From Acidimicrobiales bacterium (lineage in GTDB: Bacteria; Actinomycetota; Acidimicrobiia; Acidimicrobiales; Aldehydirespiratoraceae), in assembly GCA_029247365.1 (NCBI GenBank), contig JAQWLJ010000017.1:499-64498 (forward strand): a DNA stretch of 64,000 nucleotides, in the 5' to 3' direction. How positions within the stretch are numbered: position 1 is the stretch's first letter; each line of letters starts with the position of its first letter. A model generated the notes under the pieces. The model had not been told where the DNA came from. It did no database searches and was given only the letters and a program-made list of their open reading frames with translations. Below are positions 9,279-20,947 of this stretch, piece after piece. Made by a program: the position numbers and the translations under genes.

Positions 9279-10646
9279 TCAATCGTCGACGGTGGGGACC
9301 ATGAAGCCGACAGCAGCACCGCCGTCGGGCGACGCTGCGGCCGCAACCGATCCGCCGTGGGCTTCAGCGACCTGACGCACGATCGCCAGACCAAGGCCAG
9401 ATCCTGGGAGGGTCCTGGTGGCCTCGATGCGATGGAACCGTTCGAAGACCACCTCACGATCCGCCTCGGGAATTCCGGGCCCCTGGTCGTGAACCGTCAC
9501 CTGCCCGCCGTCGACCTCGACGCGGACGCTGGTCCCTTCGGGCGCGAACTTCATGGCGTTCTCGACAAGATTGCGGACCGCACGGCCCAACGCCATCGGG
9601 CGTCCCTCGACGAGGGCCCGCCGACGCACGTCGAGGAACACGTTATGGGTGCCCCGCCGACCGGCCCGCTCGACAAACGGCTCCGCAAGAACGGCCAGTT
9701 CGAGCGGAGCGACGGCCTCGTCCTCGCTCACATCGGTCGCCAGGTCGACGAGTTCGGAGACGAGGGTGCTCAACTCGTCGATCTCTGCATGAACATCGTC
9801 GACGATCGCCGCACGCATCTCAGGCTCGAGGTCGGGTCGGGAGCGGAGCACGTCGATGTTGGTCTGCATGCTTGCGAGGGGTGTTCGCAGCTCGTGGCTG
9901 GCGTCCATCACGAGCTGGCGCTGCTGGCGGCGCGACGCCCCGAGTGCTGCGAGCATTGCGTTGAAGCTTGCAGCGAGGCGGCCAACCTCCGCACCGCCGG
10001 CACCATCGACCGGATGGTCGAAGTCGCCGGTCTGCGCCACGCGCTCCGACGCCCGGGTAAGCCGGTAAATGGGCTCGACGGTTGACCCAGCCAGGAACCA
10101 GGCGACGCCGCCGGCGGCAATGACGGCAAGCAGACCGATGAAGATGATCCGGTTCACCAGATCGTCGAGTGACTGGTCGATCTCGGCTAAGGGCCGCGCG
10201 ATTTGGACGAACCCAAGGTCGCCGAGCGCCACGGTGACGACCCGCCCTCGGGCGTCGCTGATCTCGGCATCGCCGATGGCCAACCGCTCCCTGCCGACGG
10301 GGAAATCATCCGGGTCGACGGAGGTCTCGAACGGCTCACCGAAGTTGCGGAGCACGGTCCCATCCACACCTACTAAACGGGCCCATAGATCGCGTTGAAT
10401 CGCGTCCACCAAGCCAGCGCCTGGGCCGCGGGCGGCAGGACGGTCGACCTCGTCGATCGACCCAAGGCCGAACGCACCGCCCGGACCTCTCGCGCCTACC
10501 AGGTTCCGAGCGCGACCGGCGAGTTCGAGATCCACCTCCTCGACGAGTTCACTCTCCGCCGCGGTGTACGTGCGCTCACCGACAACCACCACCACAACGG
10601 TGACGACAGCAATGACGAGAAGGACGATCCGAAGCCGTAGGGTCAC
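9279..10646 (-). CDS. sensor histidine kinase
   Basis: The GTG at 10646 overlaps the response-regulator stop (GTGA). N-terminal TM segment, H-box SHELRTPLASM, and N/G boxes VRNLVENAMKFAP, DQGPGIP, GSGLGLAIV. Confidence 0.88.
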   Translation of the reverse strand: MTLRLRIVLLVIAVVTVVVVVVGERTYTAAESELVEEVDLELAGRARNLVGARGPGGAFGLGSIDEVDRPAARGPGAGLVDAIQRDLWARLVGVDGTVLRNFGEPFETSVDPDDFPVGRERLAIGDAEISDARGRVVTVALGDLGFVQIARPLAEIDQSLDDLVNRIIFIGLLAVIAAGGVAWFLAGSTVEPIYRLTRASERVAQTGDFDHPVDGAGGAEVGRLAASFNAMLAALGASRRQQRQLVMDASHELRTPLASMQTNIDVLRSRPDLEPEMRAAIVDDVHAEIDELSTLVSELVDLATDVSEDEAVAPLELAVLAEPFVERAGRRGTHNVFLDVRRRALVEGRPMALGRAVRNLVENAMKFAPEGTSVRVEVDGGQVTVHDQGPGIPEADREVVFERFHRIEATRTLPGSGLGLAIVRQVAEAHGGSVAAAASPDGGAAVGFMVPTVDD

Positions 10647-11332
10647 GAGCCGGAGTCGTCCTCGTCGCGGGCGACGTAGCCAAGTCCCCGAACCGTGTGA
10701 ACGAGCCGAGACTGGCCGTTGGCTTCGAGCTTGCGGCGCAGATACCCGACATACACATCGAGCGTCTTTGACTCGGTCTCCAAGACGCCGTCCCACACCG
10801 CGTCGTAGAGCTGGTCGCGGCTGAGCACGACGCCTGCGTTGCGGACCAACACCTCAAGCAGGTCGAACTCCGTCTTCGACAAGTCGAGGATCGTGTCGCC
10901 GCGCCAGGCACGACGCCCATCGAGGTCGACGTGGAGGTCGGCAAGGCGCAGACCGTTGTCGCTCTGGGGCACCCCGGCCCGAAGCCGGGCCCGCAACCGA
11001 GCGAGCAGCTCTTCAAGCGCAAAAGGTTTGACGAGGTAGTCATCAGCGCCAGCATCGAGTCCTGCGACACGGTCCAAGACCTCGTGACGAGCGGTGAGCA
11101 TCAGCACCGGCGTCTCATCACCACGGTCGCGGATGCGTCGGCAGACGCTGAGCCCGTCGGCATTTGGCATGGACACGTCGAGCAACAAGAGGTCGGCAGG
11201 CGTCTCCGCGTGGAGTTCGAGAGCACGAGCCCCATCGCGAGCAGTGACAACCTCGTACCCCTCGAGGGTCAGGGCTCGCTCGAGTGACTCCCGGACCCGA
11301 CGGTCGTCTTCCGCAATCAAAATCTTCGGCAC
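10643..11332 (-). CDS. OmpR-family response regulator
   Basis: GTG at 11332 (VPKILIAEDD). Receiver-domain motif LLLLDVSMP and a winged-helix C-terminus, LSKTEFDLLEVL...VYVGYLRRKLE. Confidence 0.9.
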   Translation of the reverse strand: MPKILIAEDDRRVRESLERALTLEGYEVVTARDGARALELHAETPADLLLLDVSMPNADGLSVCRRIRDRGDETPVLMLTARHEVLDRVAGLDAGADDYLVKPFALEELLARLRARLRAGVPQSDNGLRLADLHVDLDGRRAWRGDTILDLSKTEFDLLEVLVRNAGVVLSRDQLYDAVWDGVLETESKTLDVYVGYLRRKLEANGQSRLVHTVRGLGYVARDEDDSGS

Positions 11333-11444
11333 AGCATCAGTCTCCCACCAACAGGTGAGGGTTGAGTGAGAACGCTGCGTCCCAAGCCACGACGGTTCGG
11401 GGACGATCACACCGGTGGAACTCGCCGCGCCTAGGGTCGGCATC

Positions 11445-12269
11445 GTGCGCATTCTTGTTACAAACGACGACGGTATCGATTCGATCGGCCTCCACGTGCT
11501 GGCCCGGGCGATGCGGCCCTTCGGTGACGTGGTGATCGCCGCTCCCAACACCGAATACTCGGGGTACGGCGCGGCGCTCGGCACCCTTCACAACATGAAG
11601 CCCGATGTGCGGGTCGAGCACGTCGAAGGGATTGATGAGGCCTGGTCGATCAGCGCGCCGCCTGCGCTCTGCGCCATGTTCGGCCGCCTCAACGTGTTCG
11701 GCGACATCGACTTGGTGGTCTCGGGTATCAACCCCGGAGCCAACGTCGGTCGTGCCGTCTACCACTCCGGCACCGTCGGCGCCTGCCTCACTGCCCGCAA
11801 CGGCGGCATTAGCGGTGTCGCCGTCAGTCAGAGCGTTGATGCGTTCGGTGTCGAAGGCCAAGGCTGGGAGGAGGCACTCGTTACCCAGAAGTGGGACGGC
11901 GCAGCCGAGGTCGCCGCGATCGCGGTTGGCGCGCTGGTCGAGGACATGCCCGACGAACCACTCGTGCTGAACATCAACGTCCCCAACCGCCTGGCCAAGG
12001 AGATGGAGGGCTGGCGCCGCACCGACGTCGGCGAAGCGCCGCCTCGCGGGCTCGCGAAGGCGTCGATGACCCCCAAGCCGGGCGCAGCCGACACCTTTCA
12101 TGTCGAGATGGAGTGGGGCGACGCGATCCAGATCCCCGAGACCGAGGACGGTGGCGCCGTGATGGCCGGCTACGCCTCGATCACCTGGCTCGGCCGGATC
12201 GAAGGGATGACGCCGCATCACCCATCGATGAAGTCGGCCGAGGGCGCCTTCGACAACTTCTACGCCTAA
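11445..12269 (+). CDS. surE: 5'/3'-nucleotidase SurE
   Basis: VRILVTNDDGIDSIGL..., SGINPGANVG and YHSGTVGA. An alternative start lies at 11415. Confidence 0.88.
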   Translation: MRILVTNDDGIDSIGLHVLARAMRPFGDVVIAAPNTEYSGYGAALGTLHNMKPDVRVEHVEGIDEAWSISAPPALCAMFGRLNVFGDIDLVVSGINPGANVGRAVYHSGTVGACLTARNGGISGVAVSQSVDAFGVEGQGWEEALVTQKWDGAAEVAAIAVGALVEDMPDEPLVLNINVPNRLAKEMEGWRRTDVGEAPPRGLAKASMTPKPGAADTFHVEMEWGDAIQIPETEDGGAVMAGYASITWLGRIEGMTPHHPSMKSAEGAFDNFYA

Positions 12270-12313
12270 TCAGGGAGCCCGCCGTCTGCGCGGACCAATA
12301 GCCTGACCCGGTC

Positions 12314-14227
<1,914 letters not shown>

Positions 14228-14256
14228 CGTACCGGCGCTGGTTAGCCTGTCGTGCT

Positions 14257-15147
14257 ATGTCGCAGATCACGCTTCCGTCCGGGATCACCCTCAAGTACGA
14301 ACGTCGAGGGGCCGGCGACCCGCTGTTGTTGGTGATGGGGCTGGCTGGCCAGCTCACCGATTGGCCTGTGGAGTTCGTTGACGAGCTGATCGACGCCGGA
14401 TTCGAAGTTGTCATGTTCGACAACCGCGACGTCGGCCTGTCGACAATGGCCGACTGGGCGCCGCCCTCTCGCCGGAAGTCGATCATCTCCATGATCATGC
14501 GTCGGCCGGTAAAGGGCGTTGGCTACACGGTGGACGACATGGCCGACGACGCTGCAAGCCTGATGGACGCACTCGGTTTCGAGTCGATGGACGTTGTCGG
14601 TATGTCGATGGGCGGCATGATCAGTCAGGCATTGGCGATCCGCCACCCGAACAAGGTCCGATCGTTGTGCTCGGTGATGTCGAATACGGGCGACCGTAAG
14701 CACGGCGGTATCTCCCTCAAGCTCATCCGCCTGGTTGGCATCCCGAAACCGCCGAACCGCGACACCGCAGTCGACGAAGGGGTACGGCTTTGGCGCCACA
14801 TCTCAGGCGATCACTTCGACGAGGCGGAGGCCCGCGTCCGCATGGCCGCTGCGATCGAACGATCCTGGACCCCAGCCGGGGTCATGCGGCAAACCGCCGC
14901 AATCGGCGGCAGCCCTGACCGCACCGCGGGCCTGAACGCCGTGACGGCGCCAACGCTCGTCATCCACGGCTTGAAGGATCTCCTCGTCCTCCCGTCGGGG
15001 GGCACGGCGACGGCCGCTGCCGTGCCTGGCTCACGCCTCTTGGTGTTCCCCGACATGGGCCACAACCTGCCTGCGTCTCGCACGCCGGAGATGGTCGCTG
15101 CGATCCGGTTGAATGCCAACCGGGCCAGCGTTGCTCAGTCGAGCTGA
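14257..15147 (+). CDS. alpha/beta hydrolase
   Basis: MSQITLPSGITLKYERRGAGDPLLLVMG and nucleophile elbow VVGMSMGG. C-terminal FPDMGHNLP. Confidence 0.85.
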   Translation: MSQITLPSGITLKYERRGAGDPLLLVMGLAGQLTDWPVEFVDELIDAGFEVVMFDNRDVGLSTMADWAPPSRRKSIISMIMRRPVKGVGYTVDDMADDAASLMDALGFESMDVVGMSMGGMISQALAIRHPNKVRSLCSVMSNTGDRKHGGISLKLIRLVGIPKPPNRDTAVDEGVRLWRHISGDHFDEAEARVRMAAAIERSWTPAGVMRQTAAIGGSPDRTAGLNAVTAPTLVIHGLKDLLVLPSGGTATAAAVPGSRLLVFPDMGHNLPASRTPEMVAAIRLNANRASVAQSS

Positions 15148-15186
15148 CCGGGGCTGTGCTCGGCGAAGGGGGCTGAGCCTCAGCCG

Positions 15187-16110
15187 TCAGTGCCGAACGC
15201 GGAGTGTGTTGGCGGAACGATCGTCCGATCCCACTTGTCGAGCCCCGACGATGCCGTCGACGGCGAACACTGCGAGCCCCGACCAGATCACGACGAACCC
15301 AACGGCCTGGCCACCTGACCACGACTCGTCGAACGCAAATACACCGAGCAGGAACTGCAATGTCGGTACGACGTACTGCAGCACGCCGACCATCCAAAGT
15401 TCGATACGTCGAGCAGCAGAGGCAAACAGTAGTAACGGCGCCGCGGTAATCAGCGCTGTACCGCCCGCCCAGATCCACTCGAGGGGCTCAGACACAACGT
15501 CGGTCCCACCATCGACCACGATGAGGACCGCGAGCGCGGTGACGGCCAGCGGAAACATGAGCGAGATCTCGATAGTCAGGCCATCGAGCGAGCCCAGCGG
15601 CGCCGTCTTGCGGATCAGTCCGTAGAACGCGAAAGACACGGCGAGTGTGATGGCGATCCACGGCACACGGCCGACATCGACTGACAAGACGATCACCCCG
15701 GCAGCGGCGACCATGATCGCGAGCCACTGGGGTGCTCGGAGCCGCTCCCGCAACACCGTCACCCCCAGCATCACACTGACGAGCGGATTAAGGAAGTAGC
15801 CCAGGCTCGCCTCGAGCACGCGGTCGTTGGTCACCGACCAGATGAACAACAGCCAATTCACGGCCAGGAGGGCGGCCGACGTGGCCATGAGCAGCAGTAT
15901 CCGCCGGTTGCGGGCAATGGCCCGAACACCGGCGGCCCGGTCGCGGACGAGTTGGATGAGGCCAAGGAACACAAAGGTCGCAACGACTCGGACCACGAGC
16001 ACCGACCCGGTCGACCCGTCTCCCAGCCGCCAGAAAAGGGGCGACAGTCCCCACAACACATACGCCGTCAGTGCGCGCCCCACACCCTGGCTTATCCCGC
16101 CGCGGTTCAT
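15187..16110 (-). CDS. rarD: EamA/RarD family transporter
   Basis: The N-terminus ALTAYVLWGLSPLFWRL is typical of RarD. The protein has about 10 hydrophobic segments. Confidence 0.8.
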   Translation of the reverse strand: MNRGGISQGVGRALTAYVLWGLSPLFWRLGDGSTGSVLVVRVVATFVFLGLIQLVRDRAAGVRAIARNRRILLLMATSAALLAVNWLLFIWSVTNDRVLEASLGYFLNPLVSVMLGVTVLRERLRAPQWLAIMVAAAGVIVLSVDVGRVPWIAITLAVSFAFYGLIRKTAPLGSLDGLTIEISLMFPLAVTALAVLIVVDGGTDVVSEPLEWIWAGGTALITAAPLLLFASAARRIELWMVGVLQYVVPTLQFLLGVFAFDESWSGGQAVGFVVIWSGLAVFAVDGIVGARQVGSDDRSANTLRVRH

Positions 16111-16150
16111 CGCGGCACGCTACCGGTGTGTCCCGTCGCCACCGACTGGC

Positions 16151-17647
16151 ATGCTCGTGTCCATGCAGCTCGCCGCTCTGGTCGCAGCAACCGACGCCGT
16201 CGCCGCCACATCAGCTCGCAAGGAAAAGGTTGCGATCCTTGCCGAGGTCTTGCGCGGCGCCCAGCCCAACGACATGGAAATCGCGGTCGGTCTGGTCTCA
16301 GGCGATCCCCGTCAGGGCCGAATCGGCGTCGGTTGGGCAACCGTCGCGGGGCTCTCGATCGAACCGGCGGCGCATCCCCAACACTCGATCATTGATCTCG
16401 ATCAGATACTCGCCGAGGTGGCCGACACCCATGGGAGCGGCTCCAAGGCCCGTCGCGCGGAACTCCTCACGAGATTCCTCGCGGCCGCCACTGCGAACGA
16501 GATCGACTTCGTCCGTCGGTTGCTGGTTGGTGAGCTTCGCCAGGGGGCGAACGCGGGGCTGACCACCGACGCCGTAGCGAAAGCAGTCGATGTTCCTGTG
16601 ACCGCGCTGCGTCGAGCGGTCATGCTCTGCGGCAACCTCGGAGTCGGCGCGCGCATCGCCGCAGCCGACGGGCGGGCAGGCCTCGAGGCGGTCGGGCTCG
16701 AAGTTGGGCGGCCGGTCCAGCCGATGCTGGCGTCGACGTCACAGAGCGTCACCGCCGCGGTCGGAGACCTCGGCCGCTCAGCGATCGAGTGGAAGCTCGA
16801 TGGCATCCGTATCCAGGTTCACCGCAGGGGTGATGCCGTCAGCGTCTGGACTCGCAACCTCAACGACATCACCCGTGGTGTCGGCCACGTCGCCGACATC
16901 GTGCGGAGGTTTCCGGCCGATTCGTTCGTGCTCGACGGTGAGGTGCTCGGCATCCACGAAGACGGCACGCCGATCGACTTCCAAGACACTGTCGCCAAGG
17001 GATCGGCGGTCACGCCATTCTTTTTCGACATCCTTCACCTCGACGGCACCGATCTGCTCGACACGCCGCTAGCGGAACGACGCGACCACCTTGAACGGGT
17101 GACCGGTGACCACTGCATCCCGGGAACGATCACCGATGACGCAGCTGCGGGCGAGGCCGTCCTTGCGGCTGCTCTCGAGCAGCGCCACGAAGGCGTCGTG
17201 ATCAAGGCAGCCGACTCCACCTATCAGGCCGGCCGTCGTGGCAAGACCTGGCGAAAGGTGAAACCGGTACACACGCTCGACCTCGTTGTGCTCGCCATCG
17301 AACACGGCAGCGGCCGACGGCACGGTTGGCTGAGCAACATCCACCTCGGGGCGCGAGTTGACGACGGTGAGGGTTTCGTGATGGTCGGCAAAACCTTCAA
17401 GGGCATGACCGACGATCTCCTGCGCTGGCAGACCGAGCGATTCGGCGAACTCGCCATCGCCGACAACGGGAGGGTGGTAACAGTGCGACCCGAACAAGTC
17501 GTCGAGATCGCAGTCGACGGTGTCCAACGATCCACGCGCTACGCCGGTGGGCTCGCGCTGCGCTTTGCGCGGGTAGTTCGCTACCGCAATGACAAGTCAC
17601 CCAGCGAAGCCGACACCATCGGCACGGTTCGCGCGCTGCGTCACTGA
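16151..17647 (+). CDS. ATP-dependent DNA ligase
   Basis: Adenylation motif I EWKLDGIRIQVH, plus FVLDGEVL and EGVVIKA. ATG at 16151 (alternative 16163). The upstream part of the ORF-track entry overlaps rarD antisense. Confidence 0.88.
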   Translation: MLVSMQLAALVAATDAVAATSARKEKVAILAEVLRGAQPNDMEIAVGLVSGDPRQGRIGVGWATVAGLSIEPAAHPQHSIIDLDQILAEVADTHGSGSKARRAELLTRFLAAATANEIDFVRRLLVGELRQGANAGLTTDAVAKAVDVPVTALRRAVMLCGNLGVGARIAAADGRAGLEAVGLEVGRPVQPMLASTSQSVTAAVGDLGRSAIEWKLDGIRIQVHRRGDAVSVWTRNLNDITRGVGHVADIVRRFPADSFVLDGEVLGIHEDGTPIDFQDTVAKGSAVTPFFFDILHLDGTDLLDTPLAERRDHLERVTGDHCIPGTITDDAAAGEAVLAAALEQRHEGVVIKAADSTYQAGRRGKTWRKVKPVHTLDLVVLAIEHGSGRRHGWLSNIHLGARVDDGEGFVMVGKTFKGMTDDLLRWQTERFGELAIADNGRVVTVRPEQVVEIAVDGVQRSTRYAGGLALRFARVVRYRNDKSPSEADTIGTVRALRH

Positions 17648-17668
17648 TTCCGGGCAGACTGTGGGCGT

Positions 17669-17920
17669 ATGCCGGACATCATCACGTCGCCCGTCGAGAT
17701 CGAAGAGACGGTCACCAACCCGGTCACTGACGACGGCGACCACGATCGTTTCGCCCACTACGTCCGCCGGGCCGACGCAGCCCGGGCGACGGTTGAAGGC
17801 GTTCCGGTCCGAGCCCTGTGCGGCAAGGTCTGGGTGCCGAGCCGCGACCCGAGCAAGTATCGGGTGTGCCCCGAGTGCGCGAAGATCCGAGACCGACTCA
17901 TGAACCGCTCCAACAACTAG
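17669..17920 (+). CDS. DUF3039 domain-containing protein
   Basis: DRFAHYV...ALCGKVWVPSRDPSKYRVCPEC is the typical actinobacterial DUF3039 pattern. The gene lies 21 nt downstream of the ligase. Confidence 0.8.
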   Translation: MPDIITSPVEIEETVTNPVTDDGDHDRFAHYVRRADAARATVEGVPVRALCGKVWVPSRDPSKYRVCPECAKIRDRLMNRSNN

Positions 17921-18139
17921 ATCCGCACCACTTTTTGTGTCGCCGTTCCCGAGCGATCACGGGACTTGTCCCGCCCACGACATCAGCGAGCGCTCCGGCA
18001 TCGCGCAGCGCGAGGCAATGAAAGCTGACCGGAACCCGGTCGGCAGAGCCCGATGTCGAACCGTGCGTTTCATGCGCCATGATGCGAGACTCTTGTCAGC
18101 ACGTCAGCGTTGTCGCAACACCAGGGGGTACCAGCAGCC

Positions 18140-18580
18140 GTGAAGGTCGCCGTTGTCTATGAGAGCCGCACCGGGAACACCGCACACGTTGCGGAGATGA
18201 TCGGCGCCGCCGTCCAAGAACTGGGGCACGAAGCGGGTGTCTGGCCAACCGCGAAGGCCAACCTCGACTACCTGACCGACGCCGACATGGTGTTCCTGGG
18301 CACCTGGACCGACGGCATCTTCATCACCGGCCACAACCCGGGCGATGCCGGAAAGCTGCTCGATATGCCCGGCATCTGGGGTAAGCCCACCGCCGGATTC
18401 ATGACCTACGCCCTGCACGCCGGCAAGGTCCTCAACAAGATGGCCGACGTCGTCACCCTGCTCGGCGGCGAATGGCTCGGTGGACGCCTGTTCAAGCGCG
18501 GGCAACTCGAAGAAGGCCTTGCTGCCTATGTCGTTGCGGCACTCGATGCCGCGGAGGAATCGCTCGGCGTCGCAAGCTGA
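18140..18580 (+). CDS. flavodoxin-family protein
   Basis: GTG at 18140. VKVAVVYESRTGNTAHVAEMI is an FMN-binding flavodoxin start. Confidence 0.75.
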   Translation: MKVAVVYESRTGNTAHVAEMIGAAVQELGHEAGVWPTAKANLDYLTDADMVFLGTWTDGIFITGHNPGDAGKLLDMPGIWGKPTAGFMTYALHAGKVLNKMADVVTLLGGEWLGGRLFKRGQLEEGLAAYVVAALDAAEESLGVAS

Positions 18581-18716
18581 GACCCACGATGACTCGTTTC
18601 GGGTCCCGTGGATCCCAATCCAACTTCGAAACATGTATGTCGGAATCATGACGATCGGGAACCAAGGAGTGGATCCAGGTGTCAGGCCGAGGAGCATCTT
18701 CGGAGAAAACTCTCTC

Positions 18717-19157
18717 ATGCGGTACCACATCCAAGGCATCTTCCTCCTCTTGATCGTCCTCATCGCCGTGCTCTTCACCGCGCGCATGGCTGCGCCGGTG
18801 CTGTCCGATGCCCTGGGCGACGAGGGGGCGATCGTCGCCGAAAGCGCTGAGGTCACCCCCGACGCCGACGTTGCGGCAGGCGAGGCCGAGGAGGATCTAC
18901 CCCTCACCGGCGAGGAGGTCGGCCAGATCCAGACCGATCTCACGACGCTCGGTTTTGACCCGGGAGCTGTCGACGGGATCATGGGCGATGCCACCCAGAA
19001 TGCGATCGACGCTGCGATCGTGCAGTACCAGCTCGATGTCACAGCGAGCAACCGAGCGGTTTTCGACTATGTGCGGTCACTCGCTGATGCGCTGGCGGCT
19101 GCGAATGCGGCGGATTCGGCCACGAACGACGCCGGCGACGCCGACGCCGAGGGCTGA
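18717..19157 (+). CDS. membrane-anchored peptidoglycan-binding (PG_binding_1) domain protein
   Basis: ATG at 18717 with GGAG 13 nt upstream. TM segment IFLLLIVLIAVLF. The repeat LTGEEVGQIQTDLTTLGFDPGAVDGIMGDATQNAI matches PG_binding_1. Confidence 0.7.
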   Translation: MRYHIQGIFLLLIVLIAVLFTARMAAPVLSDALGDEGAIVAESAEVTPDADVAAGEAEEDLPLTGEEVGQIQTDLTTLGFDPGAVDGIMGDATQNAIDAAIVQYQLDVTASNRAVFDYVRSLADALAAANAADSATNDAGDADAEG

Positions 19158-19291
19158 CCAAATAATTCAATCGATCTGACATGACACCGATCCCTCGGGA
19201 TGCAAAACTGGGCGGTGATCGGTTCCTGTTTGGTGCGCCAATGGACCGGAATGTCAAAGCCTGAAACACGGTGGCTCTGAAGGGAGGAGCG

Positions 19292-20125
19292 ATGGCACAT
19301 ACTGCGATCCCGAACCCAAAGACTGCCCTTCGGAGAAGTGCGCGCCAGGTCTGGGACCGCTTTGGGTGGCCGCTGAGTCGCGAGATCACCCTCCTGATCA
19401 TTGGCCTGTTCGCGTACCGCGCCGTACGTCTCCTCGTAAAGGACGAGATCGACCAGGCGTTCGTCAACACCCAGCGCGTCGTCGACTGGGAACGAGCACT
19501 CGGGATCTTCAATGAGGTCGAACTCCAGGCCTCGATCTTGACTAACGATGCCATCGTTTGGGGCCTGAACCGCTACTACTTCCTCGCACACTTTCTCGGC
19601 ACGACCATCTGGGTGTGCTGGATGTTCATCCGATATCCGGAGCACTACGGCCGCATCCGGCGAGTCCTCCTCGGAACCACGTTCGGCGCGTTGGTGATCC
19701 ACATCGTCTTCCCACTTGCGCCACCGCGCTGGTTCCCCGACATGGGCTTCGTCGACACGTTGCAGACCTACGGGCCGAAGATCTACGACAGCGAAACCAT
19801 CGCCAATACCGCCAACCAGATCGCAGCCATGCCCTCGCTGCACGTCGGCTGGGCACTGATCGGTGCCTGGGGGCTGATCAAAGCGGGCACCTCATTATGG
19901 CGTTGGATCGCCGCGCTGCACCCTACGGTCATGACCGCCGCCGTCGTGCTGACCGGAAATCACTGGTGGCTCGACGTGTTCGGAGCGCTAGCCCTCGTTG
20001 CGTTGGTGATCGCAATCGATGCGCCGATACAGCAGAGGCTCGAACGTCGCCACCATCGAGAAGCGGGCGACGATCGAGGCGACGGAGACAACGCAACGGA
20101 CGACGAAACTGTCCTCGTCGGGTGA
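19292..20125 (+). CDS. PAP2-superfamily (PAP2_C / IPC-synthase-like) membrane protein
   Basis: ATG at 19292 is preceded by GGGAGGAG (19282..19289). Motifs AAMPSLHVGWA and TGNHWWLD, with multiple TM segments. Confidence 0.8.
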   Translation: MAHTAIPNPKTALRRSARQVWDRFGWPLSREITLLIIGLFAYRAVRLLVKDEIDQAFVNTQRVVDWERALGIFNEVELQASILTNDAIVWGLNRYYFLAHFLGTTIWVCWMFIRYPEHYGRIRRVLLGTTFGALVIHIVFPLAPPRWFPDMGFVDTLQTYGPKIYDSETIANTANQIAAMPSLHVGWALIGAWGLIKAGTSLWRWIAALHPTVMTAAVVLTGNHWWLDVFGALALVALVIAIDAPIQQRLERRHHREAGDDRGDGDNATDDETVLVG

Positions 20126-20947
20126 CCCATTCAGGCGGCTCACCTGCCACCACCGCCTACCGACCGCGCCACGCGATCGACCTCCGATTCGCGTGATGGG
20201 CCTCGAATCAGTGACCTCGATCCGAGACGTCCGGTGGTGGACCACCGTCACACCTCACGGCCCTGTGTCGGTCGCGTTTCGGCCGTCAACCGATGGCACA
20301 ATCCGCGCCGAGTCCCGGGGATCTGGCACAGACTGGGCCCTCTCACCCAACTCCCTTAGCTCCTCGATGCCCACGACAACACCGCCGATGAGTTCCAGCC
20401 GACACATCCGCTCGTCCGACGCCTCGCCGGCCAGTTCGATACCGTGCGGCTCGGGTCGACTGGCCACTGGTATGAATCGCTTTGCATCGCAGCGATCGGC
20501 CAGCGGGTTGTCGCCGCCCATGCAAAGACGAGCCGAAAGCGTCTGGCTTTGCGCTACGGCGAGCGGCCGGTTGAGCTTGCGCCGATTCCTGCGTTCCCGG
20601 AGCCCGACCGCATGCTGCGCCCGCCCGACCACGACTTCCACCGGGCCGGCATCGATCGCGCCCGGGCTCGGGTGATCCGTATCGCAGCCCGCTAAGCCGA
20701 CCGGATCGAACACCTTGTCGACACCGCCAGTGGTCACGCCGACGTCGTCCCAGTTGGCGACCTGCACATCGCCCGCATGGTCAGCCGAGCGCTCTGCGGC
20801 GAAGATGCCGACGACGACTGCATGCTCGAACTTCTCGAGCCATTCGCTGGCCATCGCCAGCGCGTCGTGCGTTTGATCACAATGGCCGGGCCACGGCTGG
20901 CACCGAACCGCCCCGCACCGACTCTCAGCGACATCAGCCGTATCTAG
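20122..20947 (+). pseudogene. AlkA-like HhH-GPD DNA-3-methyladenine glycosylase 2 family, decayed (at least 2 frameshifts, 1 in-frame TAA, HhH region missing)
   Basis: Family-like peptide segments are spread over three plus frames. They run YRPRHAIDLRFA (the GTG at 20122 overlaps the PAP2 stop), then VRWWTTVTPHGPVSVAF...SGTDWAL, then LLDAHDNTADEFQPTHPLVRRL...ESLCIAAIGQRVVAAHAKTSRKRLALRYGE...RARARVIRIAAR. A TAA follows at 20693..20695. The last segment is ADRIEHLVDTASGHADVVPVGDLHIARMV...MLELLEPFAGHRQRVVRLI. Confidence 0.62.

Noticed and set aside
15171-15185. GGCTGAG-C-CTCAGCC palindrome between the convergent hydrolase and rarD genes
   Set aside because: It is too short, and its loop is too tight for a stable terminator hairpin. 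There is no flanking T/A tract.
18093-18115. TTGTCAGCA-N8-TTGTCG upstream of the flavodoxin gene, resembling the RecA-NDp -35 element
   Set aside because: The -10 position reads TTGTCG, not TAnnnT, and the downstream gene has no obvious DNA-damage role.
19158-19291. AT-richer 134-nt leader upstream of the PAP2 gene, considered as a riboswitch
   Set aside because: I could not match it to any riboswitch core I know (c-di-GMP, fluoride, SAM, yybP, ydaO), and no obvious conserved stems were visible. It needs cmscan before any claim.
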